Source of the DNA: Octopus vulgaris
Taxonomy: Eukaryota
Assembly: GCA_951406725.2 (NCBI GenBank)
Contig: OX597828.1
Location: forward strand, 51,150,001-51,214,000
DNA length: 64,000 bases
Direction of reading: 5' to 3'
Shown piece after piece: positions 27,053 to 40,089 of this stretch. A model generated the notes under the pieces. It was not told the DNA's origin. It searched no databases and saw only the letters and a list, made by a program, of their open reading frames with translations. The first letter of the stretch is position 1, and every line of letters begins with the position of its first letter. A program made the position numbers and the translations under genes.

Positions 27053-29060
27053 GCCTTTACACAGCTTGTAACTCTGGAGATGTACTAGAGTGTCAAATGT
27101 TCACTACCAGTGAACTAAAGTAACACCTCTTATTTTTCGAGTCACCTTCCGGAGTATTCAAGCGGTTCCAATCAGTGCTGTTTTCTGCAATTGCTCCACC
27201 CTTACTGCAGCCCCTATTTGCTCCACGTACTTTTCGAGATTTTTGCTCACTGTTCCCAGGGCTCCGACAATTATTGATAGTACTGCTACCTTTTTTAACA
27301 ACCACAACTGCTTAACTTCCCAAGCTAACCTGTCATATCTGTTGACTTTTCTTTCTTCCTTATCGCATGCCTTGTTGTCAGCTGGGCATGCAATATCTAT
27401 GATCCAGCATAGTTTGTTTTCTTTCTCAATTAAGACTATGTCCGGCTTCCTATTCTCAATCTCATGTTCGCACTGAATCATAAAATCCCATAGGATCTTT
27501 GCATTACTATTTTCGACAATGCCTTCAGGTTTGTGGTCGAACCAATTTTTTGCTCTGTCAAGTCCATACTTGTTGCAAAGTGTCCAGTGGACAAGCCTGG
27601 CTATATTGTCGTCATGTCTCTTATATTCCTTCTGGGCTAGTGGCGTACATTGGCCGGTAATATGCCATACAGTTTCACCGTCTTGTCTACAGATTCTGTA
27701 CTTATCACTTTCTGCGGTGTTGTCTATTCTGTATTTTATGTAGTTTGTTCTTAGTGCTTGCTCTTGGGCAGCACAGATTAGAGCCTCCATTTCCGGTTTT
27801 AAATCATTTTTAGTCATCTACAGCCGTCTTTTTTTCTCAGTCTGTCTTATCTTCAACAATACTATGAAATTTGCATGCATTCTTTTCTTTATCCACCTAT
27901 TTTCTGTTTCATCCGTTTTCTATTTCTTGTATAGTGCTTATCTTTGCAATCTTTCATCCTACACAAGTCTGATCTTCCTACTTCTAATAATAGCGGTTCT
28001 GTGGAATTTTTCATATACTATGCTATGTTGTATTCTTCTGCTTTAATGCTGTGTTTGCATCCAATAAGTCCTCTTCCCCCTCTTTTTCTTGGTACATACA
28101 GTCTGTTTGTGTCACTTTTTGGGTGGAGAACCCCCGTATCTAGTTAGCAACTTGCTTGTCTTTCTCTCTAAGCTGTTTAGTTCGTCTGCTGTCCATGAGA
28201 TTACCCCTGCTCCATATCTAAGGAGTGAAATCGCCCAGGTGTTGATAGCTTCGATCTTATTCCGTCCGTTTAATTTCGACTTAAGGATCAGTCTTTAGTC
28301 TGCGTAAGTACTCCACCTGAAATTTTTCTGTCATTTATTTCTCCATTAATTTATCCATTTCCAAAATCCCCAAGTACTTAGCCCGTCTCTTCTATCTGCT
28401 TCATAATCTCCCCCGACCGTATCATTAGTCCGTCCATACATTTGATTTTGCCTCTTTTCAATACGAACACACTACACTTTCTCAGTCCGAACTCCATTCT
28501 GATATCAGCACTGAAGGTATACACCGTATCGACGAGGGAACTGACCTGGGCTTCATCATTACCATAAAGTTTGAGGTCATCCATGAAAAGCAAATGGTTG
28601 ACTTTTTGTTGGTGACTTTTGAATACATACCCAGCTTTTGCTTTCCTCAGAATCAGTGTCAGTGGCATTAAGCACAGTAAAAAGAACAGTGGGGACAAGC
28701 TGTCCCCTTGGAAGATGCCCCTCCAAATTTCTACTGTCCCTAAACTTCTTCCGTATGCTGTCAGGTCCGTCCTCCACTTCGCCCTACTTTTTCCAAGCAA
28801 TCGCTCCACATTCGATGCAATCCCAAACAGGTTCATACACTCCATAATCCAAGAATGTGGAATCCTATCGTACGCCTTACGATAGTCGACAGCATGGCTA
28901 AGTTATTTTCCTCCTCTTGCAGTCTCTGAGTACAGTTTTATCTATCAAGACTTGATCTTTGGTACCTCTGCACTTACGCTTGCAATCCCTCTGCTCATGT
29001 GGCAGGATTCCATTTTTTTCTAGATATTTGTACATTGACTCTTCGAGTATTCCAGTCAAT
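27053..29060 (-). mobile_element. 5'-truncated R4/Dong-like non-LTR retrotransposon, second subfamily (RT, CCHC, RLE), pseudogenised
   Basis: RT motifs DYRKAYD, GIFQGDSLSPL and HLLFMDDLKLY (28378-28890); ETVWHITGQC, KPDIVLIEK, WIIDIACP (27158-27817); 3' end in (TTA)n. Confidence 0.92.
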
Positions 29061-29478
29061 GTCGTTGTTGTTGTTGTTGTTGTTGCTGTTGTTGTTGTTG
29101 TTATTATAATTATTTATTCTTTTAATCTCAGTTTTCTTTTGTAATTCCTGAAGTCTTGTATGCGTAGCGGGCTTGCTGCTTGCATCCTACGGTACCATGC
29201 GATATGTACTTTTCAAATGTCTAATTCTTTCCTCGTTGTTCTAGCTATGTAACGGAGGCAAACCGTCTGTACTAGTTGCTCTGGGAATTCTAATCCGATT
29301 TTCTTTTTATTCCACTTAATGCCATTTGATACTATTCGCAAGAACCAGCAATACTTAGCACTGTCTTCACCTTCATATAATTGGCACTATCTTCTTTCTT
29401 CATACAACTGGTACTATATTCACCTTCTTGATATAATTGGCACTATCTTCACCTTCTTCATGTAATTGGCATTATTAC

Positions 29479-29527
<49 letters not shown>

Positions 29528-29555
29528 GTTGTTGTTGTTGTTGTTGTTGTTGTTA

Positions 29556-29602
<47 letters not shown>

Positions 29603-29672
29603 GTTATTATTATTATTGTTGTTGTTGTTGTTGTTGTTATTAACATTATTATTATTATTATCATTATCATCA

Positions 29673-29707
<35 letters not shown>

Positions 29708-30221
29708 AATAATAATATTCTGTAGTCTCATTTTATCACATGCTTTCACTACACTACCGAGCAGTACATATTGATATTAATATATTAATGTATCGCTGCA
29801 TTTCGTCCGTCTTAATGTTTTGAGTTCAAATGCCACCGAACATGATTTTACCTCCCGGTGTCAATAAAATTAGTACCATTCGAGCACATAGATCAATGTA
29901 ATAAACTTATCCTTCTCCCGAAATTGGTGACCTTGTGCCAAAATTTGAACCCAAAGTGAAAGAGTCTCTAATGATAAAATTAGAAGGGATGATTATACTC
30001 CATTGATGAGGTAATTTTTGTTGCTGCTCTTTTATAGTTATGCCTAAAGGCTTTGGTTTTCAGACTATATATAATTTTAATAACGAAATATATCTAGCGT
30101 TATATTTCGACCTCTTTTATATATTCCCGTAGAACATGTGATTACTAATATAAATTGCACGGTTAATTGTTTCCAAAATGACAGTATGATACAAAATCAA
30201 ATATTTTTAGAAAATCTTATG

Positions 30222-30242
30222 TAACTCTTTTCTCTATTGCAG
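30222..30242 (+). promoter_or_regulatory. Candidate 3' splice acceptor of a 5'-UTR intron of the ZIP gene
   Basis: taactcttttctctattgcAG: branch-like taac, pyrimidine tract and CAG, 125 nt upstream of the ATG. Confidence 0.6.
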
Positions 30243-30367
30243 GTTCTCACCAGTTTGAAGAAAATATCCTGTACCTTGAAATTAAAAATGTTCCTGCGAA
30301 TAGTACAAGAAGCAAAAACGAAGAATATTAATTATAGGAACATCTTTGAAAACATTAACTAAGCACA

Positions 30368-31426
30368 ATGAATCCAATTGTTCTTTGCAAAATTATTGTA
30401 CTCATCATTGTATTTTTATCGACCATAACTGCTGGTTTGTTACCGTTTGTGATGCTGAAATTCTTGAAGCGAAAAGGAGAAGAACATTCTCCATCATTTA
30501 ATAACGCAAAGATAAAAATGATTCTCAGTTGCTTGAATACGTTTAGTGGAGGTGTCTTTTTAAGTGCTTGCTTCATTCATCTGCTCCCTGAGGTGCGCAA
30601 ACACATGCAGAAAATACTGCTGACGTTGAATATCAACACGAATTTTCCAGCAACGGAATTTATAACTATATTTGGCTTTTTCATTATTATAATGATGGAA
30701 CAATACGTTTCACTTTGCATTAGAAAGAATGATAAACACTCAAAAAACAATCAGGATCTTGATGAAAGCGAAACTGGATCTGGAAGCAGTATAAACGGGA
30801 AAAAAGCAGCCTTATACCTACCCGTAGAAGAATCGGATGACACAAATCGACTTGTTTCTCGTCGACTTTCCGTTTCTAGTGTTCATTCTGTAGAATCCAT
30901 GAGAAGTGAAATTCTCAAGCGGGTAGATGTGGACACGCACAATCATGTGCATTTCTCAAACGAAGAGAAAGAATCTAGTTTACGTTCAGTACTGTTGTTA
31001 CTAGCCTTGTCACTTCATACAATTTTTGACGGATTAACCGTCGGTTTGGAAAAGACAGTCAATAACGTCTGGTCGATGTTTACTGCAGTAATTATTCATA
31101 AAATATTAATTGGTTTCACACTTGGTCTGCAAATGTTTGAAAATGCTCAGTGGTCAGTGAGACGGACGATTTTTCTAATGTTTATTTTCTCTGTGATTTC
31201 CCCCATAGGTATTGTGATAGGTATTTTAATAGAAGACCTAAATGTTCAGAGCGTTTCTGAACACTTTGTGTCCGCACTCCTTAAAGCGTTGGCAACAGGT
31301 ACGTTCATGTACGTAACATTTTTTGAGATTCTGGGACGAGAGATTTCTCATGATGCAACACCATTGCAAATATTATTTGCTATCATCGGTTTTGGTATGA
31401 TGACAGAACTTGCATTTTTTGATTAA
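30368..31426 (+). CDS. ZIP (SLC39) zinc/metal transporter, subfamily II (ZIP1/2/3-like), 352 aa
   Basis: Uninterrupted ORF with ~8 hydrophobic segments in 3+5 layout, GGVFLSACFIHLLPE, His-containing loop (HNHVH), TM4 ALSLHTIFDGLTVG, TM5 HK, and ATGTFMYVTFFEIL. Confidence 0.95.
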   Translation: MNPIVLCKIIVLIIVFLSTITAGLLPFVMLKFLKRKGEEHSPSFNNAKIKMILSCLNTFSGGVFLSACFIHLLPEVRKHMQKILLTLNINTNFPATEFITIFGFFIIIMMEQYVSLCIRKNDKHSKNNQDLDESETGSGSSINGKKAALYLPVEESDDTNRLVSRRLSVSSVHSVESMRSEILKRVDVDTHNHVHFSNEEKESSLRSVLLLLALSLHTIFDGLTVGLEKTVNNVWSMFTAVIIHKILIGFTLGLQMFENAQWSVRRTIFLMFIFSVISPIGIVIGILIEDLNVQSVSEHFVSALLKALATGTFMYVTFFEILGREISHDATPLQILFAIIGFGMMTELAFFD

Positions 31427-31464
31427 GTTCAAGCAATCAAGGACATGGTGACGTAATATGAAAC

Positions 31465-31870
31465 GAAAGCACTCAAAGGACGCAAACCTTCGTCAAAGCA
31501 ACACCAACGTCCTCTCAACGATTAATTGGAGATGATTTTTAAAATGAAAATATCTGAAATAACATCGAATGCTCTCACAAACGAGAATACTAAAAATGAA
31601 CCCGACTGCTTTCATATACGAGAATACTAAAAATGAATCCGACTGCTCTCAAATATTAAGTGAAAGGACAGGAAAAATAATCCAGAATCCCTGTCCGGTA
31701 CGGGATCGATCCCAACATCTAATCACTTGGTGCCAATCACGAGGCCAAACATCCCTGAAAGTTTTATCCGAATCCATCCAGCAGTTCCTGAGATATCTTG
31801 TCCACGGACAGACAAACAAACAAACACGACAGAAACAATGCCTCCACCGTAAATAAGGGGGAGGTAATAA
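31465..31870 (-). mobile_element. Non-autonomous Helentron/DINE-like element just downstream of the ZIP stop codon
   Basis: Homologous to 25441-25750; subterminal hairpin, (gttt)n tract and short terminal stem; family assignment is from architecture. Confidence 0.6.
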
Positions 31871-32203
31871 CTACTTTTCCACTGATGGATTAGTTTATTT
31901 TTAGAATCGGACAAAATACTTGCAAGATTTATTTCGGTTTCTTACGTTACATTTTCATATACTGAGAACATCAACTTCACGTTTCGTCATTCCGGGATTC
32001 ATAAACTATTGTCAAGTATATTTTCACTGGATTAATGCATCATACACCAGTCTTCCAATTCCAATGTCTGTAGATGTGTAAAAAGCAATTATTTAATAAT
32101 TATTATTCAACGGTCTTAGTTTTGAGCGCTTTCACAAATGAACATAACTCTGTCTTTGGTACAACATTCATATACATATTTACACACATAGACACGCGTG
32201 CAG

Positions 32204-32254
<51 letters not shown>

Positions 32255-32586
32255 TATGTGTGTAAGATATAACAATCAGATTAAAGTATCAAGCAGAACC
32301 CACTGTAAGCATTCTAATCGAGGACTAGGCTGCCAGGTGCCAAATATAATTGAATTCCAAAGTAAGTTAAGTAGGAGAAAATCATGTGTATATACGTATA
32401 ATAATATTTCCATTGTGAAGCATATTATAAGCAAATTAAAGGAATCGTGTATAAAGCGTTTTAATATGAACTTATCTATCTGTGTGAAATTCTCTGGAGT
32501 ACAATTAGTTCATGAATTTGCTGAAAATTCATAATGCTGACGTAAATTGGGTCAAAGCCACGTCTAATGTAATATTATTATTATTA

Positions 32587-32630
<44 letters not shown>

Positions 32631-32656
32631 AATAATATTATTATTATTATTATTAA

Positions 32657-32701
<45 letters not shown>

Positions 32702-32721
32702 CATTGTTATTATTGTTGTTG

Positions 32722-32753
<32 letters not shown>

Positions 32754-32827
32754 GTTGTTGTTGTTGTTGTTATTATTATTATTATTATTATTGTTGTTGT
32801 TATTATTATTATTATTATTGTTGTTGC

Positions 32828-32899
<72 letters not shown>

Positions 32900-32900
<1 letters not shown>

Positions 32901-33450
32901 GAGTGAGAGAGCAGGGCAGGCCATCAAAGTGACACTGGTGTAAAATATACGAAGCCCAGTATACCCATCATGACTACCCGTCTGATAAGGGTACACTAGG
33001 CACATGCATCACAACCACATGTGCGCGAGATGGTGATTTCATATCAAGATAAACAGCGCATAACCTTGTAGGTGGGGCCCAGTTAGAATTTTCTTCTGGT
33101 CGAGTAACCTATCCCGCTCAAAAGGTCCTTGAATATGGGTTGTTTAAAGATGTTGAATGAAACACCCATGTTTCCAGAATTATTCAAACCCAAAAGAATT
33201 CCTCTCAACACACAACTATGATGCTCTCCCACTACTTCTGCTCGTGATCAGAGATGAACATATCGTCAGCCACTAAGGGACATGCTCAACTGGTTAAAGT
33301 CAAACAACTGACAAGCAAATCTGTGGTATTGAGCAGAATATTTGCTGTAGCCCATCTTTTATACCAAGACAAAACAATATACATGATAACACTTCCAATC
33401 AGTTAAGATCAGAAGCCATTAGAGCCACTGCCTGGTACTGCATCAGGGCT
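32900..33450 (-). mobile_element. ~550-bp non-coding (TAA)n-targeted element
   Basis: Reverse complement of 24779-25335; (TTA)n flanks. Confidence 0.85.
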
Positions 33451-33713
33451 ATTATTATTATTATTATTATTATTATTTTATTATTGATAGTAGTAGTAGT
33501 AGTATTATTATAGCACGCGGAGCAAAATACTTTGTGGCATTTCTTCTCAGTTCTGAGTTCAAATTCCTCCTTTTGTGGTCGATAAATTAAGATCAAGTGA
33601 AATGTTGGGGTCCATGTAATCGATTACTTCTCTCCTTCAAACTTTCAGGCCCCTTGTATCTTTAGCAGAAATGATTATTAATATAGTTGTTGTTGCTGTT
33701 GTTGTCGTTGTTG

Positions 33714-33772
<59 letters not shown>

Positions 33773-34044
33773 GTTATTATTATTATAATTATTGTTGTTG
33801 CTGCTGTTGTTGTTGTTGTTGTTGTTCAGGCGCCGAGCTGGAAAAATCCTTAGCACTCCCGGGAAAATGCTTAGCAGCATTTCGTCCGTATTTACGTTTT
33901 GACTTCAAATGCCGCTCAGTTGAGTTCGCCTTCATCCTTTTGGAGTCCGTGAAAGAGTCCGTGTGTATTTCTGTGTGTCTGCGTGTGTATGTGTGTGTGT
34001 GTGTATGTACACACACACACACACACGCGCATATACACACACAT

Positions 34045-34185
34045 ATGTGTTCCTTTCTGTGGAAGAGCGTAGGCTCGAAACATTAAAGACCTTTTCAATT
34101 CCCGAGCGTTATACTAATACATCTGTTTGTTTTCTATACCACCTGTCTTCGTCTTTTGTTTTTTTCGTGAATTCTCCCCCTATAT
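34045..34185 (+). mobile_element. Second copy of the short element with variant hammerhead-like motif (34053-34088)
   Basis: ctttctgtggaagagcgtaggctcgaaacattaaag...ctccccctata aligns with 23970-24106. Confidence 0.65.
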
Positions 34186-35724
34186 AAAATCACACACTAT
34201 ATCTGTCTCTTATCCCACACATTTCCCTATACTCTCAGAATCTAATATAACACCTGATCCGACATAACTCTGGAACTTCCCGTCCCCCATTCTGTGTGTC
34301 GTATCCTAACAATTCTACGCTCCCGTTTTTTCCATTCCTTTGCACTTTACCCAACTGAAATTTCTCAATCCATTTGTTTCTTCTGCAGAGGTGGACTTCC
34401 CTAAGTTGAAACTAGACATGTTTTATGTCAATCTCCTAGGTCCCAAACCGTCATCGAACATTCCTCTACCCTTCTTGCAAAGCATATTGAAGAAACGATA
34501 GTTGAGCAACATAAGTAGCCAAGGTTTCAGAGTGAGAGAAAACGCGATGTTTTAACATTCATCCTTCTGTGATGTTTAGCGGCAACGGTTGTGAATTAAA
34601 TTCATCTGTTACGACTAGTCGTGGATGGATATTAAATATTATCTAAAAATATATTAAACGTAATTAACAGATACTAATAAATACCTATATTGTTGATAAG
34701 GAAATGTTTGTGAAGTCCTATTATATTATTGTCAAACATAATCTTATTTTAGATACATTTTTTATCGGGAAACCATGTGATTCTCGACGTACCATGTGAC
34801 CTCATTACTAAAGTATGATAGATGCAAGGTCGGCTAGTATAATTCCATGTGATATTGTAATCAAATAAATGATTACAATGAACCTAGCTTGATGTTTAGC
34901 TTATATTTTGCTGAACATTTTAAAATACATATTTAATCGTGTATAGGATATCTCACCAAGATAACGTAGTAGTATTCTGCAGAATTTTATATAGGACGAA
35001 TGTATTTGCAGAAACACAGTGACACGACTGCACTGTATTAAGAAATCGTGACCCAATAAGTAAAACTTGCTCACATCACCCGAATGGGACAGGTATGTAG
35101 ACAAACACTCGTCTAATTTTACACGGCATATAAAAATAAACCAATCACCTGAGGGAGCGTTATGTGACCTCATTAATTACTTTTTGGTAAAAATGTAAAC
35201 ATCTATACTTAAGAGAATCCACTTACACTTTTTAATATTCCTTTAGACATACACCGATCCTTTCACTAACACGTCTATTAAAAAACAAACACACGAAATT
35301 TCTATTTCTCTCTGAGACTTTGTCCTAATATAAGTGATTAGGAATTGTGTATTAAAGACCCATTGCAGCGTATAATACACAAACTTTCTTAATTTGCCAC
35401 CAGGTTTCAAATTCCTGTCGGAGTTGTTTCGTGAATCAACATTTGTTTAAAGAGAAAATAATAAAGAATATATATTTTCTTAACTAACTGCGTTGTTTAA
35501 TGCTCGGGTCACTGGTTTCAGTCATTCACGTATGTGTGTGTGTGTATGTGTATGCAGGTACTTATATATGCGTTTATTGTATTCGAACTATTTGTGTTTA
35601 CCTAGAGAGAGTGTAATACTTCATTCCAGCACACAATATTTAGAAAAATAGGTGACAAACATCCAGTGATCTTGCAACAAGCAAATTAGCTAGTTACAAA
35701 ATTTCTATAAGACATGAAAGTCTC

Positions 35725-35787
35725 GGACGTGGTCCACCGCTGAGTAGAGCACGAATAGCTCGAAACCTGATGGTCTGGTCGTCGTCC
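35725..35787 (+). ncRNA. Candidate extended type I hammerhead with non-canonical core (CUGAGUA)
   Basis: Stem I accg/tggt plus distal ggacg/cgtcc; stem II GAGC-acgaaua-GCUC; GAAA; stem III ACC-ugau-GGU; GUC triplet. Confidence 0.55.
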
Positions 35788-35809
35788 TTGAGATGTTAGG
35801 GTTCGCTCC

Positions 35810-35811
<2 letters not shown>

Positions 35812-35841
<30 letters not shown>

Positions 35842-36392
35842 TGTATGTATGTATGTATGTATGTATGTATGTATGTATGTATTGTATCTATCTATCTATG
35901 TATTTATGTATGTGTGTGTATGTATGTATGTAGTTATGTATGTGTGCATGTATGCATGTATGTATTTATGTATGTATGTATGTATGTATGTAGTTATGTA
36001 TGTATGCATGTATGTATGCATGTATGTATGTATTTATGTATGTATGTATGTATTTATGTATGTATGTTTTTATGTATGTATGTATGTATGTATGTATGAG
36101 TACGTATGTATGTATATGTATGTATGTATATATTTATGTATCTATTTATGTATGTATGTATGTATGTATGTATGTATTTATGTATGTATGTATGTATGTA
36201 TGTATTTATGTATGTATGTATGTATGTATTTATCTATGTATGTATGTATTTATGTATCTATGTATGTATGTATTTATGTATGTATGTATGTATTTATGTA
36301 TGTATGTGTGTGTATGTATGTATGTATGTATGTATGTATGCATGTATGTATGTGTGTGTATGTATGTAGGTATATTCTATCTATCTATCTAA

Positions 36393-36461
<69 letters not shown>

Positions 36462-36481
36462 AATCTATCTATTTATCTCTG

Positions 36482-36506
<25 letters not shown>
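35812..36506. repeat. Compound (TATG)n/(TATC)n/(TA)n microsatellite
   Basis: Direct inspection. Confidence 0.95.
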
Positions 36507-36512
<6 letters not shown>

Positions 36513-36681
36513 TAGATTTAATTTAAAAACATATTTTTGTTACTCTTCATTTGTCTTGCTCGCTTACATTTCTGGTGTTTGCTAAATTTTCTAGAGAACA
36601 ATTCTTAGTGGTAAGATCATAGCGGATCTATTTCTAGCATTAAGGTGTCCACATATCGGTATTCCCTCTTATATGTATCTA

Positions 36682-36722
<41 letters not shown>

Positions 36723-36769
36723 CGTGTGTGTGTGTGTGTGTGTGTCTATATACATTCTTTTATTCTTTT

Positions 36770-37110
36770 ATGTTTCACCCATGAGGATGCGGCCATGCTG
36801 GGGCATCGCACGTGTAATCACCTCTTAATTGGCCAATTCTATGGGTTTTACTTTTGATGAAGTGGGGAGTTCGATACCGCTGCCCTTTCTTGAGTTTCTT
36901 GCCTTGATATTGGTTCATCTGGGATCTTGGATAGCAAGTAGTCAAGTTCTTCCCTTGAAAACATCTACTCCCACTCCATGGAGAATCTTCAGATGTTCTG
37001 GCAAGGAGTTAAATATCTGTGGGTTAGCGAATCCCAAGCTATTGCAGTACATGAACCTCACCTTAGATGAGACACCTGAGACTTTTGGAACGGCAGTGAC
37101 GTCCATTACG
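36770..37110 (-). mobile_element. 3' fragment of a CR1/L2-like LINE
   Basis: Minus strand encodes YCNSLGFANPQIFNSLPEHLKILHGVGVDVFK and ends in gcgatgccccagcatggccgc, like 1370-1575. Confidence 0.6.
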
Positions 37111-37136
37111 TATATATGTAAATTTTTTTTATGCCC

Positions 37137-37248
<112 letters not shown>

Positions 37249-37271
37249 TGTGTGTGTGTGTGTGTGTGTGT

Positions 37272-37510
37272 GGAGGCGCAATGGCCCAGTAGTTAGGACA
37301 GCGGACTCGCAGTTGTAGGATCGCGGTTTCGATTCCCAGACTGGGCGTTGTGAGTGTTTATTGAGGGAAAACACCTAAAGGTCCACGAGGCACCAGCAGT
37401 GGGTGGTGGCGATCTCTGCTGTACTCTTTCGCCACAACTTTCTGTCTCTCTTTTTTCAGTTGGCCTGCTCGCTTAGCCAGCGGGGTGGCATCATCTGAAG
37501 GTTAAAACAA
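37272..37510 (+). mobile_element. SINE family C
   Basis: tRNA-like head with A and B boxes; homologous to 10719 and 4370-4540. Confidence 0.8.
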
Positions 37511-38902
37511 TCTATTGCGGACGCTTGGCATCAAATCAAGAGATTAGCAAACGGAGCAAGTTAGTGCCTCCTCCCATTTCCCTTCGCACCCATCATACTT
37601 TACAGCCTCGTCCCGTTTGATTTCCACTAGTTCGCAGCAGTAAAAAAAGTAATCGGGAACAATAATTTCATGACAATGGAGGTGAAAATGGTTGAGACGT
37701 TGGTACGATAATACAAATCTAATCTAAGAAGATTCAGATGTTGGGTCCAACAATCGGATAAATGCAACATCTGTGATAGAGATTATATTGAACAGCAGTA
37801 TTATATACAGGACGGTTGCTGTGCCGACGTGTGCAATTTTAAACTGAGTTAGTTAATGATTTATGCTCACTTTTCCATTATTTTCGCTAAAGCCGTCATA
37901 ATTTAAAATAATGAGAAGTTGACTATCATCGTTTTTCAAATGGTGGCTTGGCTAGAAGCTCTGAGTATCATTATCATACAATCGTTTTGTGCCGATAAAC
38001 AATTGATGTGGCTCGGAAAAATAAAAAAATAAAATCAGTAAGCGATTAAAGAAAACTAATTAAAATAAAGGGGAGCAGAAAATGAATTGGTCCAGATTAC
38101 AGCTGAATAGGATACGGGAACCATTCAAGGAATCATTCATGATAGGCAGCTGCTAAAACTTCACAGGCCGACTGATAAATAAATGATTTCACATAATGAA
38201 ACACTGTACTACAAAATTAACATTTGGATGAAGCGATTATATTTTGATATTAAGTAGGAGTAGCACAAACCACCATATACACATATATGTTTGTGCGCCT
38301 GTGTGTATCTCTCAAAATCAGCGCGTGTGTGTATATATATATTTTTCTTCCGTTTCAAATTATGATAAATAAGGATTTCAAACTCTGGCTCAGAGGCAAT
38401 AATTTTAGAGGTGGGGAGGATTAGTCATTATGTTGACACCAGTATTTAACTGGTGCTTTATCGACTCCGAAGGGATGAAGAGCAATGTCAGCTTTAGCAG
38501 AATATGAACTCAGAACATAACGAATGGAAAAAATGCCACGAGCTTTTTCTCCAGTGCACTCCTATCTGTTCTGCTAGTAATCCCTTTTCAATGGCTTCAA
38601 ATTTTGGATCAACACCAGCAGCTTTAGGGGAAAGCGGATAACTAGATTTCACCAACCCCAGTGCTCCACTGGTACTTACTTTATTGTCTCCGAAATGATG
38701 GAAGTCAAAAACAACCTGGGTGGAATTTGAACAATAAATCTGATAGTTCTTATCTGGAACCAGCGAGGGAGCAGAAGCTCGATTTTTCCCTGATAGCCAC
38801 CATAAAATCAAACGTCTGTTTCTTGAATAAATGCTGGGTGGGGGTGGGGTATTTTGGATAGTGATTTGTTGGATAGCATCCTTTTTGGTTATACGGAAGG
38901 AA

Positions 38903-39312
38903 CGAGCTGGTAGAAACGTTAGCAGGCCGAGCGAAATGCTTAACGGTATTTCGTCTGTCGTTACATTCTGAGTTCAAATTCCGCCGAGGTCGACTTTGCC
39001 TTTTATCCTTTCGGGGTCGATTAAATAATTACTAGTTACGCACTGGGGTCGATATAATCGATTTAATCCGTTTGTCTGTCCCTATTTGTTCTCTCTGTGT
39101 TTAGGCCCTTGTGAGTTATAAAGAAATAGGTATTTCGTCTGCTACTACGTGCTGAGTTCAAATGCCACCGAAGTCGACTTTGCCTTTCATTCTTTCGGGA
39201 TCGATTAAATAAGTACCAGTTACGCACTGGGGTCATTGTAATCGACTTAATGCCTTTGTCTGTCCTTGTTTGTCCCCTCCATGTTTAGCCCCTTGTGGGC
39301 AATAAAGAAATG
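38903..39312 (+). mobile_element. SINE family B dimer with ~16-bp flanking direct repeat
   Basis: Two tandem units ending ...aaagaaat; tatacggaaggaacga on both sides. Confidence 0.8.
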
Positions 39313-39632
39313 TATACGGAAGGAACGAATTTAATTATAAGCTTGCTAGATCACTGCTGAGCTGGGAGTAACACCTCTCCACATTTTATTATCGTTACTG
39401 ATACCGTTCATAAACTCCAAATGCCAAGGCATCTATGAAAATAGTTGGTCCACGTTGGATTATACATTTTACCTGCTGGTGTCATATTCATGACTGCTAA
39501 TAGTATCAACTATCCAACATCTATAATTGTGAAGTCTGAAAAAATGCAGAAAAATTTAGAGTTGAAGGGAAATAACTGTAGGCATTAAAGGGAAATAAAT
39601 ACACATTTAAAATAGGAGTTATATATATATAT

Positions 39633-39851
39633 TTCTTTACTACCCACAAGGAGCTAAACACAGAGGAGACAAACAAGGACAGACAAAGGGATTAAGTCGA
39701 CTACATCGACCCCAGTGCGTAACTGGTACTTAATTTATCGACCCCGAAAGGATGAAAGGCAAAGTCGACCTCGGCGGAATTTGAACTCGGAACGTAACGA
39801 CAGACGAAATACGCCTAAGAATTTCGCCCGGCGTGCTAACGTTTCTACCAG
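39633..39851 (-). mobile_element. SINE family B with ~20-bp flanking direct repeat
   Basis: aggagttatatatatatattt on both sides. Confidence 0.8.
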
Positions 39852-40089
39852 AGGAGTTATATATATATATTTACTGATCCCGTGACGCCTGAGTTGTAGC
39901 GAAGCAGGCGAAGTTAGAATACAATAAATTTGAAGTGAAGAAAATGCTAATCACTCACCTAATTGGAGACAAATTACAGAATGAGATCAGGATGTTAATT
40001 TTTAGCCATTCACTCTGAAGTGAGTTTCATTCTGTTTCATTCTGTTTAAAAAATTAAAAAATCCTAAAAGCAGGATGAATATTAAGTGT

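Noticed and set aside
37272-37345. tRNA-like sequence (also other SINE heads)
   Set aside because: Continues into SINE body in multiple copies; not a stand-alone tRNA gene.
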